A DNA stretch of 64,000 nt from the NCBI GenBank assembly GCA_965206645.1, contig CBDBKE010000004.1:1728001-1792000 (forward strand), read 5' to 3'. Origin of the DNA: Terriglobia bacterium. Lineage in GTDB: Bacteria > Acidobacteriota > Terriglobia > JAJPHL01 > JAPKYU01. Position numbers and translations under genes: made by a program. Positions within the stretch are counted from its first letter, which is position 1. Each line of letters opens with the position of its first letter. Shown piece after piece: positions 1 to 7,518 of the stretch. The notes under the pieces are model-generated. The model had not been told where the DNA came from, made no database searches, and saw only the letters and a program-made list of their open reading frames with translations.

Positions 1-644
1 CCCACCACCACCAGGGCGTCCACAGCCGGCAACAGCCGCTCGAGCGCCTGCTGCCGCTCACGGGTGGGACGGCAGACGGTGTCCACGAACCGGATCTCGG
101 TGGTGGGATTCTTGGCCTGCACCGCCCGCAGCACCGCGCGAAGCAGCGCATCAGGGGTGGTCGTCTGGCAGATCACCCCAAGCCGCTCGGCCGGGTAGCT
201 ACGGACCTCGGCCGGCGATTCCACCACCTCGCAGCGACGAAGGTCCCCCACCAGCCCCCGCACTTCCACGTGCCCCCGTCGCCCGATCACCAGCACCAGG
301 CAGCCTTCGGCATCCAGCCGCAGCGCAGCCTGGTGCGCCCGGCGCACGAGGGGACAGGTGGTGTCCAGCAGGCGGCGGTCGGTGGACTCGAGCCGCGCGC
401 GCTCCGCGTTGCTGATGCCGTGCGCGGTGATCAGCACCACCGGCGTTTCCGGCACTGCCTGCTTCCGGCTGTGCTCGGTAAGCTGCCGAAAGCCGCGCTC
501 CGCCAGCCTTCGGTTCACTTCCTGGTTGTGCACCAGCTCACCGTAGACGGTGACGTGGTGCGGTTCGGGGACTGCGGCGATGGATTCCAGCGCGTCGCGG
601 ACCCCGAAACAGAGTCCCATGGCCTCGGCGCGGATGACTTGCAT
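1..644 (-). CDS. ispH: 4-hydroxy-3-methylbut-2-enyl diphosphate reductase (3' end runs off the window)
   Basis: Not in the ORF track. Manual minus-strand translation from ATG 644 gives MQVIRAEAMGLCFGVRDA...GELVHN...ITAHG...DTTCPLV...IGRRGHVEV...ICQTT...DTVC, the IspH/LytB motifs. GGAGG RBS upstream. Confidence 0.9.
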   Translation of the reverse strand, partial: MQVIRAEAMGLCFGVRDALESIAAVPEPHHVTVYGELVHNQEVNRRLAERGFRQLTEHSRKQAVPETPVVLITAHGISNAERARLESTDRRLLDTTCPLVRRAHQAALRLDAEGCLVLVIGRRGHVEVRGLVGDLRRCEVVESPAEVRSYPAERLGVICQTTTPDALLRAVLRAVQAKNPTTEIRFVDTVCRPTRERQQALERLLPAVDALVVV

Positions 645-686
645 GGAGAACCTCCGTGTTGGGAACGTACTTTACACTATGTAGGC

Positions 687-701
687 CTCTGTAATGCAAA
701 G
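687..701. promoter_or_regulatory. Degenerate copy of the CTTTGCR-N-YGCAAAG operator upstream of ispH
   Basis: CTCTGTA-A-TGCAAAG, similar to the perfect palindrome at 1766-1780. Confidence 0.5.
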
Positions 702-723
702 TTGAATGCCACAAAAAAACGGC

Positions 724-1152
724 TCAGGCCGGCACCCAGCCGCTGGAGGCGGCCAACGCCTCTCCCTTCCGGGGCTTGCGGGAATGCTTCAGCAGCGCCC
801 TGCGGGTAGCGGCCGCGTCCTGCACCACTTCTTCCAACACCGTCAGGTAAGCCAGGAACCGCTCACGGCCTTGTCGGGAGAGGCGGCAAAGTGTCTGCGG
901 GCGCCGGTTCTCAAACCGCTTCCAGACCTCGACTAGGCCCGCCTCGTACAGCACCTGCAGGTGGCGGCTGAGGTTGCCGTCGGTGAGCGCGCAGAGTTCC
1001 TTCAGGTCAGAGAACAGCACGCCGTCCGGGCGAGTGGCCAGAGTGGTCAGAATTCCCAGGCGCGCGCGTTCGTGCAGCAGCCGGTCCAAGCCTTCGTAGG
1101 CAAAGCGTCCGCCGGTCGGTTGGGTTTCAGACTGCTTCCTCTTCCGAGCCAT
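724..1152 (-). CDS. Winged-helix transcriptional regulator (ArsR/MarR-like, HTH_34 type)
   Basis: LDRLLHERARLGIL...FSDLKELCALTDGNLSRHLQVLYEAGLV...GRERFLAYL. Start moved to MARKRKQ (ATG 1152). Confidence 0.85.
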   Translation of the reverse strand: MARKRKQSETQPTGGRFAYEGLDRLLHERARLGILTTLATRPDGVLFSDLKELCALTDGNLSRHLQVLYEAGLVEVWKRFENRRPQTLCRLSRQGRERFLAYLTVLEEVVQDAAATRRALLKHSRKPRKGEALAASSGWVPA

Positions 1153-1756
1153 TTCTCTCCAGATTCCAGTAGAGCACCATCGCGGCTGCCAACTGGCCGA
1201 CGCCGAAGGTTGCCCCCATAACCCACGGTGCCAGCGCCTCCCGTCCGGGCAAGTAGTGCAGGATCGCGGCCCCACACACTAAGTAGTACAGGCCCACCCA
1301 GCCGATGGTTCGCGGCAGGTGACGCCGAGAGGCAAATACGCCCAGGCTGACTAGCATCGCCCACAGGCCCGGCAACAAGGCCACCAAATCGGGGTGCCGC
1401 CAAGTCAGGATCCAGGTCAGCAACGCGCCGGTCGTCAGCGAGGGCAGCAGTTGCCCCACCACGATTCGCGTGGTGGGGCGCCGGTGGGCCGAGGCACAGT
1501 TCAGATAGCCATGCAACATTTGCGCGCCAACGCCGGCCGCGCACAGCACCGCGGCCCCCACCCACAGCATGACGTACCACACAGGCTGAACCACGGGGTC
1601 GCCGGCCAACGTCGGCTGCGCCAGCGCCGCCAGCAGCGCTACTACGCCGGTGGCCGCGGCAGGCACGGCTCGGTAGCCGCGGAAGGTTTCCGCAGTCACC
1701 AGGTGCCCGCGGATCGCGCTGATCTGCTCCAGTGCCTCGTGCAGTTCCGGCGGCAT
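1127..1756 (-). CDS. Polytopic membrane protein (~6 TM), co-transcribed with the regulator
   Basis: Start MPPELHEALEQISAIR at ATG 1756, hydrophobic segments, overlaps the regulator start. The ORF-track extension to 2278 is antisense to the radical SAM gene. Confidence 0.75.
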   Translation of the reverse strand: MPPELHEALEQISAIRGHLVTAETFRGYRAVPAAATGVVALLAALAQPTLAGDPVVQPVWYVMLWVGAAVLCAAGVGAQMLHGYLNCASAHRRPTTRIVVGQLLPSLTTGALLTWILTWRHPDLVALLPGLWAMLVSLGVFASRRHLPRTIGWVGLYYLVCGAAILHYLPGREALAPWVMGATFGVGQLAAAMVLYWNLERNGSEEEAV

Positions 1757-1765
1757 AGCTTTATG

Positions 1766-1780
1766 CTTTGCGTCGCAAAG
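1766..1780. promoter_or_regulatory. Perfect palindromic operator CTTTGCG-T-CGCAAAG
   Basis: Inverted repeat between the minus-strand promoter and ATG 1756. Confidence 0.7.
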
Positions 1781-1788
1781 TATAACAA

Positions 1789-1817
1789 AGTATATGCAGG
1801 CTGCCTTCCGTATGCAA
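1789..1817 (-). promoter_or_regulatory. Sigma70-type promoter TTGCAT-N17-TATACT
   Basis: -35 at 1817-1812 and -10 at 1794-1789. A second TGnTATACT lies at 1787-1779. Confidence 0.6.
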
Positions 1818-1897
1818 GCAGAAATTCTTGCCCGCCTGCGGGCAGGCCGCTGGGTTTTGCTATCATGAACGGGAGCGCGCCTGGGAGCCGCCGCCGC

Positions 1898-3298
1898 ATG
1901 AGTCCGGAAGTCGTTCTCATTTCGACCTACGAGCTGGGGCGCCAGCCCTTCGGGCTGGCTTCGCCCGCCGCCTGGCTGCGACAGGCCGGGGCTTCGGTCA
2001 CCTGCCTGGACCTTTCCCGGGAGAAGCTGCGGGAAGAGCCGGTGCGCTCGGCCAACCTGGTGGCGTTCTATGTCCCCATGCACACGGCGACTCGCATCGC
2101 GGCGCGGGCCGTGGAAACCGTCCGTCGCCTGAACCCGCGCGCGCACCTCTGCTTCTACGGTCTCTACGCGCCGCTCAATGAGCGCTACCTTCGTGGGCTG
2201 GGCGCGGAAACGATTCTGGGGGGCGAGTTCGAACAGGGTATGGTTCGGATCCTCGAGCAGTTGCCGGACGGAACCCATGCGCAGAAAGAGCGTCTAGTCT
2301 CGCTGGCGCGCCAAACTTTCCTCGTGCCGGACCGCAGCGGCCTGCCCGGGTTGTCCTCCTACGCGCAGCTAAGGGACGGCCAGGGGCGGCTGCGCACGGT
2401 CGGTTACACCGAGGCCACTCGCGGTTGCAAGCACCTGTGCCGCCACTGCCCCGTTGTTCCGGTCTACAACGGCGCCTTCCGGGTGGTGCAACGGGACGTG
2501 GTGCTGGAGGACATTCGCCGCCAGGTCGCGGCGGGCGCCGAACACATCACCTTCGGCGACCCCGATTTCCTAAACGGCGTCAGGCACTCGCTGGAAATTG
2601 TGCGAACTCTACACCGCGAGTTTCCCCGGCTCACCTACGATGTGACCACCAAGGTGGAGCACCTGCGGAAGCACGCCGCCGCGCTGCCGGTTCTGGCCGA
2701 AACCGGCTGCCAGTTTGTTACCAGCGCCGTCGAATCGGTGGACGACCGCGTATTGCAGCTGCTGGACAAGGGGCACACCCGCGCCGATTTGTACGACGTC
2801 GTGGCGCTATGCCGGCGCACAGGCCTGGTGCTGGCGCCGACCTTTGTCGCCTTTACGCCGTGGATCACGCTGCGAGGCTACTGCGACCTACTGGCGGTAC
2901 TGGACGAGCTGGAGCTGGTCGAGCAGGTGGCGCCCGTCCAGCTCGCCATCCGGCTGCTGATCCCCACCGGTTCACGGCTGCTGGAATTGGAGGAGGTGCG
3001 GCAGCTCGTCGCTGGCGGCTTCGATGAGGCCGCGTTGAGTTACCGCTGGAAGCATCCCGACCTGCGGGTGGACCGCATGTGTGATCAAGTCCAGCGGGCA
3101 GTCTGGCAGGCTGAAAAGCAGGGTCGCTCGCGGCGGGCAATTTTCTCCCAAGTCTGGGAGCTGGCGCATCAGGCGGCAGGCATTTCTACGCAGGCGCTGC
3201 AAGTTCCCGACCCCTACCAGCGCACTACCGTGCCCTACCTGAACGAGCCCTGGTATTGTTGAGCCGAACCCACCGAAGAGCAGTTTGCTCTTGTATGA
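1898..3298 (+). CDS. CUAEP-tail radical SAM selenoprotein (N-terminal B12-binding-like domain), Sec at TGA 3260-3262
   Basis: CxxxCxxC motif (GCKHLCRHCP). Sequence continues in frame after TGA: PYLNEPWYC-U-AEPTEEQFALV* (stop 3296-3298). Start taken as ATG 1898 because ATG 1865 overlaps the extended -10 TGCTATCAT. Confidence 0.88.
3276..3292 (+). promoter_or_regulatory. Candidate bacterial SECIS hairpin
   Basis: AAGAGC-AGTTT-GCTCTT: perfect 6-bp stem with G in the apical loop, starting 13 nt after the UGA. Confidence 0.65.
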
Positions 3299-3321
3299 AG
3301 CAAGCCTTGTATGAAGCAAGC
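3290..3321 (+). repeat. 16-bp perfect tandem duplication CTTGTATGAAGCAAGC x2
   Basis: Copies at 3290-3305 and 3306-3321, spanning the rSAM stop and ATP-grasp start. Confidence 0.95.
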
Positions 3322-4624
3322 AATGACGCCCCGGCTCCTTCTTCTCGCCACCACCACCGGCTACCAGACGCAAGCGTTTGCCGAAGCGGCGCGTGGCCTG
3401 GGGTTGGAGGTGGTGTTAGGCACCGACCGCTGCCACGTGCTGGAAGACCCCTGGCAGGACGCTGCGCTGCCTCTGCGCTTTGAAGATCCTGCGCACGCGG
3501 CCGATGAGATTTGCCACTACGCCCGCGAGCATCCCATCCAGGCTATGACGGCGGTGGGCGACAAGCCCACAGTGACGGCTGCGGTAGCCTGCCGTTCACT
3601 GGGAATTACCTGGCACAGCCCCGAGGGGGCCGAAGCCTGCCACAACAAGTTCCTTGCCCGGCAGCGGTTCGAGGAAGCGGGGCTGAACGTGCCTGCCTAT
3701 GCCCGCTATTCCACTCGCGACGGGCCGCCTCCGACCGACGGCGGGAGCGTGTCTTGCGTCCCGTTCCCCTGCGTGCTGAAGCCGGTGTCGCTAGCCGCCA
3801 GCCGGGGCGTCATTCGCGCTGACAACCCGGAGCAATTCGCGGCCGCCTTCCACCGCATCGCCGCGCTGCTGGCTAGCCCCGAAATCCAGGTGAAGAAGGA
3901 GGCTGAGACCGAGCAGATTCTGGTGGAGGAGTTTGTTCCCGGGTCCGAATTTGCGGTGGAAGGGCTCATGTGGCGGGGCAGGCTGCGGGTTCTGGCCATC
4001 TTCGACAAGCCTGACCCGTTGGAAGGTCCCTACTTCGAAGAGACAATTTACGTGACGCCCTCGCGACTGCCTGTGAGCGAGCAGGCGGCCCTGACCGAGT
4101 GTTTGGAGCGTGCTGTGCGCGCTCTGGGGCTGTTCCACGGCCCCGTGCACGCCGAGTTCCGCTTGAATGACGGCGGCCCTTGGGTGTTGGATGTGGCTGC
4201 GCGGCCCATCGGCGGCCTTTGCTCGCGCGCCCTCCGCTTCGGTGCGGGTATGTCTCTGGAGGAGCTGGTCATTCTCAATGCCCTGGGCCGGCGCAATGCC
4301 CTGAGCCAGCGCAATGCCCGGGGCGAGTCGCTCGACGGGATTGCCCGGGAAAGTGCAGCGGCAGGGGTCATGATGATTCCCATCCCCGGCGCCGGGGTTT
4401 TCGAGGGAGTGGAAGGGGTGGAAGACGCCTTGCGGGTGCCAGGCGTCGAAGAGGTCCACGTTACCGCCAAGCTGCACCAGAAGCTGGTGCCTTGGCCGGA
4501 GGGCGCCAGCTATCCGGGCTTCCTGTTTGCCCGCGCTTCCTCCCCAGCGGCCGTGGAGGAGGCGTTGCGCGAAGCTCACCGGCGCCTGCGCTTCCGAATC
4601 TCGCCGATGCTCGCGGTTGTCTAA
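3311..4624 (+). CDS. ATP-grasp domain ligase (L-amino-acid-ligase-like)
   Basis: CHNKFLARQRF, FPCVLKPVSLAASRGV, ILVEEFVPGSEFAVEG, GPVHAEFRL, AARPIGG. Confidence 0.88.
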   Translation: MKQAMTPRLLLLATTTGYQTQAFAEAARGLGLEVVLGTDRCHVLEDPWQDAALPLRFEDPAHAADEICHYAREHPIQAMTAVGDKPTVTAAVACRSLGITWHSPEGAEACHNKFLARQRFEEAGLNVPAYARYSTRDGPPPTDGGSVSCVPFPCVLKPVSLAASRGVIRADNPEQFAAAFHRIAALLASPEIQVKKEAETEQILVEEFVPGSEFAVEGLMWRGRLRVLAIFDKPDPLEGPYFEETIYVTPSRLPVSEQAALTECLERAVRALGLFHGPVHAEFRLNDGGPWVLDVAARPIGGLCSRALRFGAGMSLEELVILNALGRRNALSQRNARGESLDGIARESAAAGVMMIPIPGAGVFEGVEGVEDALRVPGVEEVHVTAKLHQKLVPWPEGASYPGFLFARASSPAAVEEALREAHRRLRFRISPMLAVV

Positions 4625-4635
4625 GCGCTGCTTTC

Positions 4636-4914
4636 TCAGCTCTTGGCCTGGGGTGGGACGTAACCGGGTGGGAGGGCGGCTCCTTCGCCAAAAAAGAATT
4701 GCTCCATCTGCCCCTCGATGAGCTTCTGCGCTTCCGGATCGGCCGGGAAGAGCCGGTATTCATTGATGACCATCTTCAGGTGTTCCAGCCACAGCTTCCA
4801 GGCGTCCTGCGAGATATTGTCGTAGACCCGCTGCCCCAGTTCGCCGCTCCAGGGCGGCGCGTCCAGCCCGGGGAGCTCTTTCTGAAACTTAACGCACTTT
4901 ACTTTGTGTGCCAT
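4636..4914 (-). CDS. yggX: Fe(II)-trafficking / oxidative damage protection protein
   Basis: [51 protein letters not shown]...MEQFFFG. Confidence 0.9.
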   Translation of the reverse strand: MAHKVKCVKFQKELPGLDAPPWSGELGQRVYDNISQDAWKLWLEHLKMVINEYRLFPADPEAQKLIEGQMEQFFFGEGAALPPGYVPPQAKS

Positions 4915-5090
4915 TGGCTGTGTGCCATTCGCTACGGCCTTTCCTGAGGGTTCCGGAAATCAGTATTTCCGTGGCGGCTCGGGGACCGGCCGCCCACTCC
5001 AAGCTAGCATAGATCGGGACCGGGCGCCACATCGTTCCCCCTTTGTCGTTTCGTTGTATTCGTTGTATTCTTGGTATTCAGGAGAGGAGG

Positions 5091-5426
5091 ATGAACGTGT
5101 CAGAACTGGCCGCAAAGACTTGCATACCGTGTCGCGGCGGAGTCCCGCCGCTCAAAGGGCCGGAACTAGAGGGGCTCAACCGGCAGGTCCCTGGCTGGAA
5201 TGTCGTTGAGGAGCACCACCTCGAGAAAACCTTCCGCTTCCCTGATTTCCGAAGAGCCCTGGAGTTTGTGAATCGGGTAGGAAACCTGGCCGAAGAGCAG
5301 GGGCATCACCCGGATATCTTTCTCGCCTGGGGAAAGGTGGGGGTCAAGATCTGGACGCACAAGATTGACGGGCTGACGGAAAGCGATTTCATTCTGGCCG
5401 CCAAGATTGACGCACTGAGCTCGTAA
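5091..5426 (+). CDS. phhB: Pterin-4-alpha-carbinolamine dehydratase
   Basis: CIPCRGG, FRFPDF, AEEQGHHPDI, WTHKIDGLTESDFILAAKID. GGAGAGGAGG RBS directly before ATG 5091. Confidence 0.9.
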   Translation: MNVSELAAKTCIPCRGGVPPLKGPELEGLNRQVPGWNVVEEHHLEKTFRFPDFRRALEFVNRVGNLAEEQGHHPDIFLAWGKVGVKIWTHKIDGLTESDFILAAKIDALSS

Positions 5427-5457
5427 GCGACCGGGGGCGGAGTAGGAGGCAACGAGC

Positions 5458-6171
5458 ATGAGCGACAGAAAAGAACTGGAGCTTCGCTTCTGTGAGTAGC
5501 TTGGCTTGACCAGGAGGCCGGTGGCAGTGAGCTTTCTCCCCGAGGAACCGACTCAGCTTCCCAGGTTCAGCGGGAGCGAGCCCTCCGGGTGCAGCTTCTG
5601 GCGCCTGGCTGCTGAGGGGCGCACCTTTCACACGGTTCCGGCGGACCACTACAACTGTGCGGTGGGCAGCTACACCCATAACGTCGAGCTTCCGCCGGAG
5701 CGCGCCCGGGAACTGGACGAGACGCTGGGGCTGATGACCTCGGTGGGCTACCTGAGCCTGGACGAGATTCCAAGGATTCCGCGTTTACCCCGGCCGCCGG
5801 CGGCGGTCCTCTATTCGCCGCTGGCCGACGCGCCTATGGCCCCGCAGGTGGTCCTGTTCGCCTGCCGGCCGGCGGCCGCCATGTTGCTCAGCGAGGCGGC
5901 GGCACGCGCCGGTGCGAACTCTTCGCTGCCGGCGCTGGGACGGCCCACGTGCATGGCCCTGCCTGCCGCGCTTTCCGCTGCCGGCGCCGTCACCAGTTTG
6001 GGTTGCATCGGGAACCGGGTATACACGGGGTTGAGCGAAGATGAGTTGTACGTGGTGATTCCCGGTCCCGCCCTGCCGGGTGTAGCCGAGGCCCTGGAAA
6101 CCATCGTCTCCGCCAACCGAAATCTTGCCGCCTATGCCGAGAATCGCCGCCGCGCGCTGGCCTCCGAATAA
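5458..6171 (+). pseudogene. DUF169-family Cys-rich protein with an in-frame TAG at codon 14 (5497-5499)
   Basis: AGGAGG RBS then ATG 5458: MSDRKELELRFCE*LGLTRRPVAVSF...GCSFW...HYNCAVG...RPTC...SLGCIGNRVY. Could be expressed from TTG 5506 or GTG 5527. Confidence 0.7.
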
Positions 6172-6250
6172 GTCGTTGGGGAACGAGACGAGGGGGCTCC
6201 GCCCCCCGTCAGGGGCCGGCCAATGTCCATCACGTTCCTGGCGGCCACTC

Positions 6251-6280
6251 TTGAGCGCCAAGGGGCGTTCCTGCTATGAT
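6251..6280 (+). promoter_or_regulatory. Promoter TTGAGC-N18-TATGAT (extended -10) for the HNH operon
   Basis: TG-C-TATGAT at 6272-6280. Confidence 0.5.
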
Positions 6281-6433
6281 TCTTAGGAAGCTGGGAGAAA
6301 CGGCCGAGTCATGACGCAGGTCCTGGATTTCCGAAGTCTGAGGCCCCGCTGGTCGGGGCTTGATCCACGCCTGCCCGTTGCAGCCTTCGCCTTTCGCCTT
6401 CCCAACTCCAAAGCGAAAAGTTGAACCATTTCA

Positions 6434-6952
6434 ATGAGCGAGCTGCACATTCCTGTTCTGGTTCTCAATGCCACCTACGAGCCCATCAACGTCTGTGCCG
6501 CTCGCCGGGCCGTGGTGCTGATCCTGAAAGGGGTTGCCTCCGCTGAGGAGGAAAGCCGGGCTTACTTTCACTCCCCGTCGCGCAGGGTACGTGTGCCCTC
6601 CGTGATCCGTCTATTGGGATACCGGCGCATCCCTTTCCAGGGCCGGGCTCTGTCACGCAAGAACATCCTGATGCGGGACCGCAACACCTGCCAGTTCTGC
6701 GGCGGGGCCTTTCCGGCCTCGGAATTGACGCTGGACCACATTGTTCCGCGCTCGCGGGGCGGCGATTCCAGTTGGGAGAATCTGGTGGCCTGCTGCCATC
6801 CCTGCAACAACCAGAAAGGTGACCGCCTGCCGGAGGAAGCCGGCATGAGGCTCATCGGCCGACCACGCTCCTTCACCCTGCATACCAGCCGCCACCTGAT
6901 GCACCAGATGGGCAGGTCCGACGCCGCCTGGCGGAAGTACTTGTTCTTCTGA
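6434..6952 (+). CDS. HNH endonuclease (McrA-like)
   Basis: [55 protein letters not shown]. Confidence 0.92.
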   Translation: MSELHIPVLVLNATYEPINVCAARRAVVLILKGVASAEEESRAYFHSPSRRVRVPSVIRLLGYRRIPFQGRALSRKNILMRDRNTCQFCGGAFPASELTLDHIVPRSRGGDSSWENLVACCHPCNNQKGDRLPEEAGMRLIGRPRSFTLHTSRHLMHQMGRSDAAWRKYLFF

Positions 6953-6976
6953 GCCGCTTGGGCCGAGAAAACGCAG

Positions 6977-7486
6977 GTGCCGACCAAACCGATCCTGTTG
7001 CTTCTGGGGGCCTGGATGGGTGGCACGTTGCTGATCTGGCTGGTGGCTACGGTCAGCTTCCGCAACGTGGACCGCGTGCTCAGCCGACCGACGCCGGAGG
7101 CGGCGCCGACGCTGCTCTCCGTTCCGGAAGCCGCGCGACGCCCGGTCTTGCGGCACTTGGCTTCGGAGTTCAACCGCTGGTTGTTCCGGCTGTGGGGCGC
7201 TCTGCAACTAGTGTTGGGCGCGGCCGTGCTAGTGCTGTTGCTAAGACAAACGCCGCGCACTCCGGCCAACCTCACCCTCGCCGGCCTCCTGCTGGTGCTG
7301 GTGGTGGTGATGCTGGGCGTCATTACTCCGGCCATGAGCAACCTCGGACGCACCCTGGATTTTGTTCCACGCAGCCCGCCTCCCCCGCAAATGGCCGCTT
7401 TCGGCAAGCTCCATGCCGCTTATGGCTTCCTGGACCTGATCAAGCTGGTGCTGGCAGGCATCCTGGCCTGGCGTGTTGGGCGCTAA
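6977..7486 (+). CDS. DUF4149-like 4-TM membrane protein
   Basis: Four hydrophobic helices; AWMGG near the N-terminus and FGKLH near the C-terminus. Confidence 0.7.
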   Translation: MPTKPILLLLGAWMGGTLLIWLVATVSFRNVDRVLSRPTPEAAPTLLSVPEAARRPVLRHLASEFNRWLFRLWGALQLVLGAAVLVLLLRQTPRTPANLTLAGLLLVLVVVMLGVITPAMSNLGRTLDFVPRSPPPPQMAAFGKLHAAYGFLDLIKLVLAGILAWRVGR

Positions 7487-7518
7487 TACCGTGACTGGTC
7501 CTCGCTGAGCGACTCAGA

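Noticed and set aside
1394-1897. N-terminal extension of the 622-aa radical SAM ORF
   Set aside because: It overlaps the antisense membrane-protein gene and both promoters; family-like sequence starts at MSPEVVLIS.
6434-6952. HNH as part of a defence island, IscB or homing element
   Set aside because: Stand-alone short McrA-like HNH with no RuvC, methylase, intron or IS ends nearby.
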